Shown: positions 36,301 through 50,480 of the stretch, piece by piece
How positions within the stretch are numbered: the first letter of the stretch is position 1
Layout of the letters: each line of letters starts with the position of its first letter
Assembly: GCA_024679065.1 (NCBI GenBank)
Contig: JAGIQG010000002.1
Location: 71,982,001-72,046,000, forward strand
DNA: 64,000 nucleotides
Reading direction: 5' to 3'
Source of the DNA: Sphyrna mokarran
Taxonomy: Eukaryota
Translations under genes and position numbers: made by a program
The notes under the pieces: generated by a model
The model's database searches: none
Told to the model about the DNA's origin: nothing
Seen by the model: the letters and a program-made list of their open reading frames with translations, nothing else

Positions 36301-37844
36301 TGTCTTGTTCCATTAGTCATGAGAACTAGATAAGAGATAAGGTGCTATGCAAGTCTTTTTATGATGGTTTTCTCATCATTTTCAGCATCAATGAGTGAGA
36401 TGTTGGGCAATTGGTCACTAGGAGGTATGCAAGGGCTTGTACTGGGGCAACTTTCCCTCCCCCTGTGGCTGTATTTGCCTTCTAATGATTAGATGAGATT
36501 GGAAACTTGTGAGGCATATATGTGCTAATCAATGTATCTCTGCTTTATTGTTTACAAGCTCAAAACCTAAGTATACTGTGTCACCGTGACACTCCTAGAC
36601 TAGGTACAATTTCAAAACTACACCTCATTCTATTATCATGAGTATGTGTGAAAGATAAAATCATTAAGATACTGTGATCCTGACAGGTTTGATTCAGTTA
36701 TATCACAATCTAAATGGACATTTTGTGGAATTTCTACTTAGTCTTGCAGATAACAAAATTTTTCATGAGCAATTCCATTATAAGTTTCAATTTTTTTTCT
36801 GGGTTCTTGCTGCTGTAGAGACTTTGGGCAAATCCACAATTATAACTGAAAAAGATTAATCTCATAAAAGATTGAACCTGAATGCTTCCTGCATTAATGT
36901 AAGACTGGATTAATTTGGTTATTTGGAGAGAAGGGAAAGGAGGAAGTGTTCTTGAATGTCAGCTGATCACCGATTTGGGAGCGTTAAATGCTTGGCTTGT
37001 TTGGCTTGGTGTGTTTAACCCAACATAATTCACATAGGGTATTTTTTAAGATTTAAAATAGTTAAGGTTCCTCACTCGTTGTGTTAAAGTGCCATTTCAG
37101 TAGTGCTGCCAGCCCCAGCAGAAAATGCACCAATGTTCCCAAAGCAGCAACACTTGAAACTCAGAATTGTGGCCATTTTATTTGCACTAGCTGTTTATTT
37201 GAGAACTCATCAGAATTTTTGAATGCTCTTTTCTCTCATTTCTTTTTCTATTAATTGTAGGAAGGCCTGCAAGTGCAGCAACAAGATGTCATTGTACATT
37301 TATAATGTATCCAGTTGGTTGACAGCTGTCAGTGAAGAAAAATAATATATTACAGTCTAATAATTGTTTGCAGCCAAGTTTATTTTAGAGATGTAAAATG
37401 ATCGACAGGCTCTTGAAGCAGGTATTAAATCTTTTGCATATGCAAATAAGGGAACTTATACATATTTAACATCCCTTTCTCAAAATTGGTAACCAGCTAT
37501 GTTCAGGAAAATTCAGTCTAAACGTGGATTAACCATAATACCTTAAAGGGACCACTGGAGGCATAACAAGATGTTCTTTCTTTAAAAAAACACTTCATTT
37601 TATGCAGAACTAAGTATAGTATTCAGCATTGTTGCTGGTTTCAATTCGGCCCCTTCCCTCTGAATTTCTTCTCTCCTTTCCAGATCCCTTCAATCAGCAT
37701 CCCTACTTCCAGGACTGATCAAGGATTGCAATTGGCAGTTAGTTACATGAAATCAAATGCCTATTGATGACAAACTGCCTGAGTCCGCCATGTACCTGCA
37801 ACTTGCTAGGCTAATTTATATGAGATTTGAGGCCCAACATTTAA

Positions 37845-39160
37845 TAATTTAATAATGGGAAATGAGGAAGTGGCCAAAGCATTGAACAGATATTTTGTGT
37901 TGGTCTTCACAATGGAAGACACAAAAAACATGCCAAAAATTGATGACAAAAAGGCAATGACAGGTGAGGATCTAGAAACAATCACAATCACTAAAGAAGC
38001 AGTGTTAAGTAAGCTAATGGAGCTAAAGGTAGACAGGTTTCCTGGCCCTGATGGAATGTATCCCAGAGTAATAAAAGAGATGGCCAGGGAAATAGCAAAT
38101 GCAGCGATGGTAATTTACCTAAATTGAACTCTGGGATGGTTTCGGCAGATTGAAAAACAGCAAATGTGATGCCACACTTTAAAAAGAACGTAGACAAAAG
38201 GCGTGTCAGATTAATTTAGATACTGGGGAAAATGCTTGAACTGACATCAGATAGTGAGACATCTGAATAGAAATTGTCCCATTGAGCAGAGCCAGAATGG
38301 ATTAATGAAAGGCAGGTCATATTTAACTGTCTTATGGGATTTCTTTGAGGACATTACATGTGCAGTGGATAATGGGAGAACCGGTAGATATGATGTATCT
38401 GGATTTCCAGAAGCTATTCGACAAAGTGCAACACAAAAAGCTGATGCATAAGATAAAGGTGTGTGGCATTACCAATGTATGAGCATGGATAGAGAATTGG
38501 TTAACTAACAGAAAGCGGAGTAGTGGGAATAAATGGATATTTTTTCGGTTGGCGATCAGTGACTAGTGGTGTGCCTCAGGGATCAGTGTTGCGTCAGCAA
38601 TTGTTTACAATTTACATGGATGATTTGAGGTTGGGGACCAAGTGCGGTATGTCAAAGTTCTCAGATGACGCTAATATGTATGGTAGAGCAAAGTGGGTTG
38701 TGTCTAGAGTTGAGAGTGTTGGTTTATGAGGAGACTCAGTAGACTGAAATTATATTCTTTGGAATTTAGAGCAAGTGGGGATTTTATAGAAATGAATAAA
38801 ATTATGAAGGGAATTAATAAAATAAAAGCAGGGAAGTTGATTCCAGTGGCAGGTGAAATTAGAACTAGGCAGCACAGCACCAAAATAAGGGGGAGCAGAT
38901 TTAGGATTGAGTTGAGGCAGAACTTCTTCACACAAAGGATTGTGAATTTCTGGAATTCCCTGCCCAGTGAAGCAATTGAGACTACCCTGATGAATGTTTT
39001 TAAGGTAAAAAAATTTTGAACAGAAAAAATTAAGGATTATGGTGGGCAGGCAGGCAAGTGAAGCTGAATCCATGGAAAGATCAGCCATGATCTTGTTGAA
39101 TGGTGGAGTAGGCTTGAGAGGCCAGATGGCCTACTCCTGCTCCTAGTTCGTATATACTGT
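37845..39160 (+). mobile_element. CR1 LINE with an internal deletion
   Basis: ORFs 37855, 38254, 38523 (SGVPQGSVL..KFSDD), 38726 (FFTQRIVNFWNSLP); tail ggcctactcctgctcctagtt. Confidence 0.92.
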
Positions 39161-41288
39161 TATAGTGTATGCTCATTTCTAGGCCTACTTATCTGAATAA
39201 GGATATCAAATTTTCCTCTGTGGTAGTTGAACTAAAAATGGAGATAATGTCGATGGACAGCAAAAGGCTCGGGGACAATTTTGTTTGTTAGGCGACCAAT
39301 TCGAGTGTGTTTTCATATCAAAGAAATATTAACGAAACATCAAGCTCATGAGCATCAGGCTGGAAAGCGACAAAGCAGACTAATACTGCTTGCTATTTTA
39401 GAGCTGCCGACATCAGCCTGATATAAGTTTGGGGAATGAGCCAGAAATCATGATCACAGTGTGTGGCTCTCTGTGTTAGTGACCAAGATTACTGGAAGCT
39501 GGTGCAGCGCGCAAGCTCTTAGCCTCTCCAGAAATAATTCCAAGTTTAGTTTAGCTGGGCCTCTGGTTTCATTGTTTTTAAAAACCATATCTCCATGAGT
39601 TGTATTTTTCTTTTAAAAATATGGAAAGACATTATTATTCAGGCACAAGGGCTTTATTTAAAGAAGGATCACAGGCTCACTTTTGGATTAGGAGCAAGAC
39701 TGCCCTTTTCTAATAAATCACCTGACCAGCATAAGGGGAATGAGCTATTTGTTTTGAACTGCAATCACTTTAATTGATGAGGGAAAAATGGCAAAGGCAA
39801 AGGCTAGTGATTTACTGGCAATCACATGACAGAGTCTAGTTTTGTGTTTTGGATCTGTTGTTTTTGAACTTTACGGATGTGATTTTATGAGCTTGCTCAC
39901 TCGGAAGCCAGAAAATTCTGCCGGAGATCAACAGACCTTTCCATGTGCCGCCCCAGTAAAATTCTGGCCTGTGTGTTTTGGAGAATAAACCAAAAATAAA
40001 GGCTGCCCTAACTCTCTCACTCCCTGTCTTGCCTGAACTTCCATGAGTGATTATCCACCTGCTGTCAGAGAATCCTCATCTATGTATAACTTGTTTGCAT
40101 TTGGAAACCTGAAAAACTGGGACAAGAAGAATTGACCCAGCTCTATATTCATTTCCATGCCTAAGCTCCGTTGTTGTGAACGTCCAGACAGCTACTGGGT
40201 CAAACAAGGAAGTGCCACATCAACAGCATTGATGAAACCTTGCAAATTATAAAACCTATTCTCCAAAGCCAATCTCTGCAGAGACCCCTATCTCTGTGTG
40301 CTTGTATGTGTGCTGGGATACTTTAGAAAGGGAAAGATGGTTATGCTTCTAGAATATGTGGTGTATGATGTGTCACATGTGGGTGTTCTGCAGTTGACAC
40401 TTTTAATGCATTAATCATTACGTCTACGCCTTAAAGTCTCTGGGGTAAATAATTGACCATTTTTCTTAGTTAATTTAAGTTTTAAACTAATGATGCCAAC
40501 TGTGAAATAGTACGACAAAAAAAAAATTTGATTTGATGTGTCTTAAGTTTCCTTTGTACTTTTGCTTTTGTTTGGGCTGTTCCCCTTCCTTCTGGGGAGC
40601 TTCCCTTTTACTTTGTCCTAATTTAATTTGAGTTTGTCTATTTGGTTTGACCTTAAAAGAGGTGGATCTACTGTGCATTCCTGCTATCTTGGCCATAACA
40701 GTTGCTCTGGAACTGATCAGAGTGTGCGTGGAATATTCTCTGACGAAATGGAACCTAAAATGGCTATCTGTGGTCCTCTGATCCAATCTGCGTATTAAAA
40801 ATACCTTACACCTATGACAGGTCATCACTTGAAGGTGATCAGTGGGCACCCTTCAAAATATCATCATGTTTGTAGGGATAAGATTTTCATTTTGGGGTGG
40901 GAATTAGGAGATGCCAATAATGTTGTATTCTGCCCCCATCTTAACACTGTCGGCACGCAGCATCTTCCCTAAGTAACCTGGAGATGGAGCTGTCATCAAA
41001 AGAGTAGAGCCTGGCTATGTCCAGAATGGGCAGGTTAAAATTTTCCAAAAATCCTCTACCGCCTGCTGCTGCCAATGTAACAAGCAACCCATTTTTTGAA
41101 CTTCCTGGCCACTTTAAATTTGCCCACCCATCTCCATCCGCACCCACCTATTACCCTTGCTGAGACTGTGGCACGATGATAATGTCATTTGTCTAGTAAT
41201 TAGAGGCTAATGCTGTGGGGAAATGGCTTCAAATGCTACCATAGCAGCTTTTGGAATTGAAATATAATTAATAAATTCAGTTAGTTTT

Positions 41289-42034
41289 TGTTGCAAATGT
41301 GAGTACCGTAATTGTGAATTGGTATTGTAAAATGCTGAGAGAATGTATTTGATCCATTTAAAAGGTGGACCCAAACTGAAACATTTGTATTGAAAGGCCA
41401 AGCAGCGGTGTTACTGGGGCTACAGGCTTTCAGGCTTTTAATTTTTTGAATTCAGCCAATCAATTTGAATTAGGCACTTAGACACCAAGAACTTATTAAA
41501 TTTAAATCTTATGCTTTTGACAACATAGGGCCAATCCTATTGTGAGAAATATTGATATGCTATCATAGATATAAAAGAGTGGGGGCAGTGGGATAAAAGA
41601 AGAGAGCATCTGCCATAGTTCATAGCTCTTAGCTCAAAGTCCCATCTAGATAGCAAAATAAGGTCAACAGAGAAGGCTCAGAATATTCTGGAAGACACAA
41701 AACTTTGTTGCAATTTAGAGAGTAACTAAATGTTTTTCGTTAAATGAATGGGAATTGTATTTATTGGAATGGATACCATTAAAATCTTGTTTTAATTCAG
41801 TTTGTTAATAGTTTAATAAAGTTGTTCACAGTTAGATAACTTTACTGTTACGTGTTGATTTTAGCGCGAGTGTCAAGGATTTAATTTGTATTTAACCACA
41901 AGGAGTTGCTGAAGAGGAGGTCACACCGCATTACACAAACTTTTTACAGACTGGGGAGAGGCACTCCTCTTTGGGAGTTTTGGTGTTAGTTCTCAGAGGT
42001 GGGATGGGGGGGGTTCAATCTCCGCTTTATAACA
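41289..42034 (+). mobile_element. Probable solo LTR
   Basis: Termini tgttgcaaa...tttataaca, internal ccaat boxes, tataaaa at about 41570, aataaa at about 41815. It splits a SINE-like LINE head. No clear TSD. Confidence 0.45.
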
Positions 42035-44225
42035 TTAAATCCATAATTAAAATCAGTTTCACAGTCAATATCACTGACATCTATCATTAATTGCCATAAA
42101 AATCCATCTGGTTTACTAATATCCTTTAGAGAAGGAAATCTGCAGTCCTTACATACATGTTAGTTAAACTTAATTGCCTTTTGAGGTGTCTTAGCAAGCC
42201 ATTCAGTTGTATTAAACATTTATAGAATTTTTAAAAAATTGGTTTGACCACTCAGCATCAACCCAGGCATCGTAATGATGTTGGAACACCCAACCATGTA
42301 TTGCTGCAAAATACTGTTTAACATCTGGGAACTTGTACCAAAATTAAGAAAACTGTCCTATAGATCAGTCAAGTAACAATCTGACATAGGTATGATTCAA
42401 TGAATATGACTAACAGCCCAATGTCAGAAGCATCACCAGGAATGTCTTGTCGCAAGGACTTGAGAGTGACCTTGGTATACACAAGTGAAGGACTTCAAAG
42501 TACATCACTAAGAGTAGTTTAGTAGCACTACTTTTGACAGTTGCTGAACTTACTACACATTGTCCACACCAATCTATCTACGGTAAGTGCATCTGTCACA
42601 GTATTGGCACTGTGACAGACAGATGCACCAGAATGATTATCACGTCGTCCTTGTGGAGACTAAGTCCCACCTTAACAATGAGAATATCTTCCCTCGTGTT
42701 GTGTGGCATTACCATTGGAATGGGATAAATTCAGAACATATCTAGCAATTCAAGACAATGTATCTATAAGGGACTGTGGACCATCAACAGCAGCAAATTT
42801 GAGTTCAACCACGATCTCAGCATTTCCATCGCACTAATCTCAAAATCAAGCCAAGGGATTATCTACTTCAAGGAAGATTGTTGGGGAGCATGCCAGGTAC
42901 TGCCTAAGGCATACCTATATATGAAGTATTAATCTGGTGAAACTACAAAACAGGACAAGCATATCACAGCGAAAGCAGCATGCAATAGACAGAGCTAAGC
43001 GATCCATAACCAGTGGACCAGATCAAAACTGTGCAACCCAGCCATATCCAGTTGTGAAGGAGGAGGAGGCTCCACAAGTTTCTTCTTCTCAATAATAGTT
43101 GAGCGCAGTCTGTCAGCACAAAAGACAAGGCTGAAGTATTTGCGGATATGCTGTGTGGATGATCAATTTCAAATTCCCCTCCAGCATCATAGTCTTCAGC
43201 TAATTTGACTCATTCCTTGTGAAATCAAGAAACAACTGATATCACTGGACATTGCAAAGGTAATCGACCTGGACAACACCCAGCAGTTATACCGCCGCTT
43301 GCTAGCCTAGCTGTTCCAGGAACAGCTATAACATTGGTATCGACCTGACCAATATGGAAAATCTCACAGATATATCTTTTCCACAAAAAAGGACAAATCC
43401 AATCCAGCCAATTACTGCCCTATTAGTCTACTGCCACTCATCAGTAAGCTGATGAAAGCTAACATTGCTATCAAGCAGTGCTTGTGTTACAATTACCTTT
43501 AAGTTTATTTGTTAGTGTCACAAGTTGGCTTACCTTAACAATGCAACGAAGTTGCTGTGAAAATCCTCTAGTCACCAAACTCTGGTGTCTGTTCAAGTAC
43601 ATTGAGGGAGAATTTTAGCATGGCCAATGCACTAAACCAGCACATCTTTGGACAGTAGGAGAAAACCCATGCAAAATGGAGAATATGCAGATTCTGCACA
43701 GACAGTGACCAAAACCAGGAGTCGAACCCTGGTCCCTGGCAATGGGAGGCTGCAGTGGTAACAATTGTGCCACCATGCTATCCATAATTAGCTCACTTTG
43801 GGTTGTGCCAGGCTTAGAGTTGATCAAAAACTGAACTGGACCATCCATATAAATAGTGTGGCTACGAGAGCAGGTCAGAGACTGGGGATTTTGTAGCAAA
43901 TAACAAGATGCATTCGAGCCACCAAGGCACCTCCTTTCAAACCTGCATCCTCTCATCCAGAAATGCAAGGACAGCAGGCACGTAGGAACACACAACTTCT
44001 GTAAATTCCCCTTAAAGCCACACACCTCCCTGAGTTGGAACTAGATTGCCAATTCTTTACTGTTGATAGTTGACAATCCTGGAACACACAGCATTTTTGG
44101 GGTACCTGCATTAGATGTACTGCATGTAGTTCAAGAAGATAGCTCACCACTGCTTTCTTCAGAGAAACGCACAATTGCCAATAACATGCTGGTCTGATGA
44201 CACCCACAACTTATGAAAGAAAAAA
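42035..44225 (+). mobile_element. Decayed CR1-superfamily LINE with a SINE-like 5' head (head starts about 41165)
   Basis: KDKSNPANYCPISLL; head aaaaatccatctggtttactaatatcctttagagaagga; tail caattgccaataacatgctggtctg. Confidence 0.7.
43497..43780 (-). mobile_element. V-SINE, tail type A
   Basis: rc tail aagtttatttgttagtgtcacaag..ttaacaatgcaacgaagttgctgtgaaaatcc; ggagtcgaaccc. Confidence 0.85.
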
Positions 44226-45764
44226 TATATCTGTTCACACTCACCTTGTCACAAATTATTTGCTTTATGAGCAGCATTAATAGACCATGTTTTCATGGTT
44301 GGAAATCATTTAGTAAGCAAAAAAAACCCTGAGTAAACAACATACTCTTCAAACCACCTACATAAACTAGATCAAGCAATTGTAAAATTATTGCATAATT
44401 GGATTGTAGCCAAGAGCCCATAAAACTCCCCAATTAAATAAATAAATTCAGAACTGCTGTATGAATGGATATCTAGACTGAATACTTAAAATTAATGTGA
44501 AAGTCTCAAACATTTCTGTTCTAGGCTATCCTTTGATCATGTGAAATGTTCTATGCCATTTTATCCATTTAAATGAACTTCATTAACTTGCCTAAAGATT
44601 GTTCCATATTTACAATGTTGATCTTTTACATGACAGTTTGCGGATGGCAGAAATAACATTTGGCACACACATTAAGGGGCTTGTTCATCTTCCAGTCAAA
44701 TGACTGTCATCACATTGACAGTCATTGTCAATGTTATGACAATGAACACAGATTGTGTTCATCTTAATGAACACAGATACAACTTGTTACAGCATTTAAT
44801 GATGAACTGTAAAGGAAACAAAATCATTTAATGTTTTAAACTCCTCCCATTTCCAATCAATGATTCATATCTCTGTGCCAGTTGGTGTAAAACCTGACAG
44901 CTGCAAAAGCCTGGTCGTCTCCATGAAAATTAAGTTACTTGGAGTGGGTTCTTAATGTGCTCAAAGTGCTATCACTTGTCTTCTTCGTGGTTTTGGAACT
45001 TATTTTGAGGACTGTTCCGTCCCCCACTCCTGTGAAAATGATGAAGGCACAAACCAATGCAGGGATTCTGAATCCCCCATTTGGCAGTTATTTTTTCTGA
45101 TCCTGAACATAGAAACCTGGCCCTGGGTGATATGGTTGTATGGCTACCAACACCATTTTGAAGCCTTCCATAACTTGTTACTGTCAGGACATAAATTAAA
45201 AATTTACCCCATCAATTAAAAATTAGGAACCAAAATAGCTATTAACACTTTAAGTCCAGTGCTTGCTTAAGAACATGCTATCCAACACTCTACAACACTG
45301 TTGTTTTCTATAGCAATTTAGTTTCCTGGAGGAAAGATTTGCACAATTTCTCCCTAATCACCAAAAACATTCAAGTGAAATTACGAAGTTTCTGTCATTC
45401 TCATGTTTCTATCATTTAATATTGCCACTTGCTTTCCATGGTTTGTTGTTTTCTGTGCAACATTTGTCATCCTTGCCTATCTCATTCCAGTTGCTTTCAG
45501 AATATTCATGAAGAATTACCGAGCTAATTCTTTAGAAGGATTTAGTCAACGTGGCATTCATTTGCTTTTGCTGGATATCTCTTCCATAGATCCTTCTGTT
45601 CTTGGTAGAAGAGGAATGGATAGAAATCCTTCCAATCTCTACATTCAATCACATTAAGATTTATCTGCTGTTCTTCAGATTGGCTATATTGCCCAGGCTT
45701 TTTTTAATTTCCTGCTTATTTATTACAAGCCACAAAGAGTTTTATTTCTAAAGATAGAAGAAGG

Positions 45765-45930
45765 ATTTGCATTTACACAACATTTAAAACTTTGACGTTA
45801 AAAACACAGTGAAAATGGCAAGAAAGTTCCTGTGGACAGTTGAGGGATGAATATAGGTCAAGACACAGACAAACTCCCTTCTTTAAAATCATGCCATATG
45901 ATTTATTCACCTGAACAGGCAGAAATAATT
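45765..45930 (-). mobile_element. Deu-SINE (SacSINE/AmnSINE-like) fragment
   Basis: gacagttgagggatgaatataggtcaagacac..atgccatatgatt..cacctgaacaggcaga resembles the recalled Deu domain. Confidence 0.5.
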
Positions 45931-46148
45931 TCATGAGGATGCGTTAACAAGAAAATTCAAACCTAAACAAGAGACAGTGGCCTAGTGGTATTATCATGAC
46001 AGTATTAATCCAGGAACTCAGCAAATGTTCTGGGAACAGCAGATGGTGGCATATTCAATAAAAAATACCAGGAATTAAGAATCTACTAATAACCATGAAA
46101 CATTGTTAATTGTCAGAAAAATACATCTAGTTCACGAATGTCTTTTTA

Positions 46149-48480
46149 GAACATAAGAACTAAGAAAAGGAATAAATCACTGGCCCCTCGAGCCTGTTCT
46201 GCCATTCAATAAGATCATAACTGATATTTTCATGAAGTCAGCTCCATTTACCCACCCACTTACTATAATTCCTTTACTGTTCAAAAAGGTATCTATCCTT
46301 GCCTTTAAAAACATTGAACAAGGTAGCCTCAACTATTTCACTGGGAATTCCACAGATTCACAAACTTTTGTGTGAAGAAGTTCCTCCTCAACTCAGTCCT
46401 AAATCTGCTTCCCCTTATTTTGAGGCCTTACCCTCTGTTCTGTTGTAATATGTAAATGATTTGGAGGAAAACATAACTGATTTGATCAGTAAATTTGTGG
46501 ACAACACAAAGGTTGACGAATTTGCAGATAGCAATGAGGACCATCAGAGGATACAGCAGGATATAGATCAGTTGGAGATTTGGGCAGAGAGATGGCAGAT
46601 GGAGTTTAATCCAGACAAATGTGAGGTAATACATTTTAGAAGGTCTAATACAGGTAGGAAATGTACAGTAAATGGCAGAACTTTAATACTATTGGTAGGC
46701 AAAGGGTTCTGGGTGTACTAATGTATAGGTACACAGGTCACTGAAAGTGGCAATGCGGGTGGAGAAGGTAGTCAAAAAAAACATACAGTGTGCATGCCTT
46801 CATCGGCAGGGCATTGAGTTTAAAAAATTGGCAAGCCGTGTTGCAGCTTTATAGACCCTTAGTTAGGCTGCGCTTGGAATATAGTGTTCAGTTCTGGTCG
46901 CTGTATTACCAAAAGGATGTGAAGTTTATGGAGAGGTTACAGAAAAGATTTACCATGATGTTTTCTGGTATGGTCATTAGCTACAAGGAGAAGTTGGAGA
47001 AACTTGGTTTGTTCTCACTGGAATGACAAATGTTGAGGGGCGACCTAATAGAAGTCTACAAGATTATGAGAAGCATGGACAGAGTGGATAGTCAGAAGTT
47101 TTTTCACAGATTGGAAGAGCCAAATACTCGGGGGCACAGGTTTAAGGTGTGAGGGGCAAGATTTAAAGTGGATATACGAGTCAGGTTTTTTACTTGAAGG
47201 ATGATGGGTGCCTGGAATTCATTTCCAAAGGAGGTTGTGGAAGCGGATATGATAGTGACTTTTAAGGGGGCATTTTGACAAATACATGAATAAGATAGGA
47301 ATAGTGGGATATGGTCCCCGGAAGGGTAGGTAGGGGGCTTTAGTTAAGTCGGGCAGCATGGTAGATGCAGGCGTGAAGGGCCAAAGAGCCTGTTCTTTGT
47401 TCTTTGTAGTTTTAGCTTTACCTGCCAGTGGAAATAGCTTCCCTCCTTCTACCTTATCTCACTTCATAATCTTATATGTTTCAATAAGATCTGCCCTCGT
47501 TCTTTTGAATTCCAATGAGCACAGTCCCATTCTACTCAGTCTGTCCTCATTAGCCAACCCTCTCAACTCCGGAATCAATTTAGTGAATCTCTTCCATACC
47601 CCCTCCAGTGCCGGTATATCCTTTTTCAAATAAAGAAATCAAAATTGCACACACCACTTCAGGTGTGGCCTCACCAGCATCTTATATGGCTACAACATAA
47701 CCTCGCCGTTTTTAAACTCCAACCCTCTAGCAATGAAAGACAAAATTCCATTTGGCTTCTTGATTATCTGTTGTACCTGCAAACTAACTTTTCATGATTC
47801 ATGCACAAGGACATCCAAGTCCCTCTGCACATCAGCACGCTGCAGTTTTTTACCATTTAAATAATAGTCCATTTTGCTGTTATTCCTCCCAAAACGGACA
47901 ACTTCACATTTACCAACACTGTACTCCATCTACCAGATCTTTGCCCACTCACTTAGACTATATCCCTTTGCAGATGTTTAGCATCCTCTGCACACTTTGT
48001 TCTACTAATCATCTTTGTGTCATCTGAGAATTTTGATTCTCAGATGATACTAATTCCAAATCATCTGTGTAAATCATAAACAATTTGGTCCCAACGCTGA
48101 TCCCTGAGGCATACCATTAGTCACTGATTGCCAACCAGAAAAACACCTGTTTACCCCTCCTCTGTTTTCTGTTACTTAACCAATCCTCTCTCCATGCAAT
48201 ACATTACCTATAACACCGTGCACTTTTATTCTATGCAGCAGCCTTTTGTGCTGCACCTTGTCGAATGCCTTTTGAAAATCAGATATACCACGTTCACAAG
48301 TTCCCCATTGTCTACTGTGCACGTAATGTCTCAAAGAATTCCACCAAAATAGTCAAACATGATTTGCCTTTCATGAACCCATGCTGTGCCTTCCCAATGG
48401 GACAATTTATATCTAGATGTCTCGCTATTTCTTCCTTGATAATAGATTCAAGGTTTTCCCTACTACAGAAGTTAAGCTAT
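46149..48480 (-). mobile_element. CR1 (46149-46440, resuming 47406-48480) split by an antisense CR1
   Basis: rc tail agaacataagaactaag; rc GMPQGSALGP at about 48100. Confidence 0.88.
46441..47405 (+). mobile_element. CR1 3' portion
   Basis: ORFs 46461 (SKFVDNTKV..WQMEFNPDKC) and 46790; tail cctgttctttgttctttg. Confidence 0.92.
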
Positions 48481-48749
48481 CTGAGTCTGTTGAAATTCAC
48501 AGCCCACTGTGCTGAATTGTGCCTTGTATGTTTTCAATAAGGAGTTGGATTTAACTCTTGGGTCATGATCATACTGAATGGCAGCACAGGCATGAAGGGC
48601 CAAATGACCTCCTGCTCTTTAATTCCATGTTTCTAGATGTTGATTAATAACTGAGTGGCCTGTTTGATGGTAATTCTTGCAACTGATTGAGTTATTTGCA
48701 ATAAAACTAATTCCATTTGCAATTTTATTATCTTTATTTTTGCTTTCAG

Positions 48750-48907
48750 ATTTTAATGAAGCAATACCTGAAACAGAGAGACTGGACAGCAAAGTGCTGA
48801 AGGCTCGAGCTCATCTTTCGGGCAAATCAAAACGACAACGGCCAACTAGGTCTCAGATGCATGACAGTGTCAGTTCAACTGATGGTGATGACAGTCTTGA
48901 GCGGAAG
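48750..48907 (+). CDS. PPP1R9A: Neurabin-1 exon DFNEAIPETERLDSK...SVSSTDGDDSLERK
   Basis: Matches DLNEAVPETERLDSKALKTRAQLSVKNRRQRPSRTRLYDSVSSTDGEDSLERK; acceptor tgctttcag, donor AAG|gtaagt. Confidence 0.95.
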
Positions 48908-49779
48908 GTAAGTGTAGCGTCTCTTTTAAAATCATTAGCATTCTTGAACGAGGCTTCAATTTTATTAACTTGTCAAGAAACCCTAATTTGTAGAAGTATT
49001 ACCTTATTCTTTAATCCAAATTTTATAGCAAAATCTTGTCTAGTGAACACTGTTGTTGCCTTGGGACCACGCCCAACAAACGTCAAAGGGATCGTAAAAG
49101 TATTTCAAAATTTTATTCTTGAAAATGAAGCACTATCTTTTCAAAAATGTTTGTTCGTTAATGTTGTTTTGAGATTCATTTATTTCAAAATAATGGCATC
49201 ATTACAAGACACCCAAGGGAGCCACAGATATGATACAACTGAAACCATTTGCTTACATGGATGCATCATTGAACCGCAGTTTTGGTGTCTGCGGTCTAAT
49301 TGGGTTGTACCTTGCAGAACACTCCAGGGTCTCTCACATTGAACTAATCTGCTGCACTGTCCATAATATGGGCCTCTAGAGAGATATAGATCTTGAAGCC
49401 CTGAAATGGCATAGCTCATTGGAGGAAGAGGAGGGTCAAGATGCAAACCATTGAGGAGCCCCTGTGCAGCATATCTTGACCTAGTACAGGGCTTGAACTA
49501 GTTTCTATGTTCTGCATCTTCTGATGAAATGTCCAGTTTCTATGATCACATCTTTTAGCCAAAATCTTTCTTTGAAAGTATTTCTGTACACCCTCCGCAG
49601 CTTACACAATTTTCTAAGGCCGAACCAATTATTTGCACACTTACAGCTTTGTTTTTTCCTTTTTTTCCTTGTTTCCATTTGTTCATATGGATTTCAAATT
49701 CAGGCTCTCTTTCTTGGAACTTCATGTTTGAATCCCTCCAGTTAGGTTTGCACCCCTGCCACGATGCTGAAGTCACTTC

Positions 49780-50480
49780 TAATGAAGTCACAATTTACAA
49801 CCTGTTTGACTGACAAAAGGCAAACTATCCCTCCTACTACTACTCAGTTTTTCTGAAGCCTTTGACACAATTGATCACACCATCCTCCTCCAGTGCCCTT
49901 CAATGTCATCTTGCTGGGTGAGACTGAATTCACTTTGCCCTTTCTTAACAGTCTATTGTAGCTAGAAAATCATCTAAAAAGACATCCCTTTCTGCTGTTG
50001 CATCTATTTTTTCTTGTTCCCCGAAACTGTATCCCTGATCATCTCCTATTCTCATCTGCATGCTGCTGTTTGGCATATCATCCAGAAGCAAGTTAATTTC
50101 TATGTACTGAAAACCCACTGTCTCATTGCCAACTTTCCAGGTCCTTCCACTATCTCTAAATTGTCAAAACGCTTTTCTGACGTTCAGTACTTTTGGTCAT
50201 CTGATCTAATATTTTCTTAAGTGCTCAGTGTATATTTTGTTTTCTACTGACTTTGTGAACCACCTTGGGATATTTAATTACCTTAAGAGTGTTGTATTAG
50301 CACCACTAAAGAGTCTTTTAAGAGACTTTTAGATAAGTACATGAGACTTATTAAAATAGAGGGTTATAGGTAAGCCTAGTAATCCCGTAGGTAGGAACAT
50401 GTTTGGCACAACTTTGTTGTCTGAAGGCCTTGTATTGTGCTGTAGATTTTCTATGTTTCTATGAATACAAGTTGTTATTT
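49780..50480 (+). mobile_element. L2-clade LINE fragment, with a short CR1 3' end (50305-50463) inserted in its tail
   Basis: AFDTIDHTILLQ; L2 tail tgtgaaccaccttggga..aatacaagttgtt; CR1 tail ttctatgtttctatg. Confidence 0.65.

Noticed and set aside
37230-37425. Strong polypyrimidine acceptor at 37261 as a coding exon
   Set aside because: Stops in all three frames before the first plausible donor, and no homology recognised.
48677-49342. 221-aa ORF as a single-exon gene
   Set aside because: Only 48750-48907 is neurabin-like and bounded by splice sites; the rest is chance intronic read-through.
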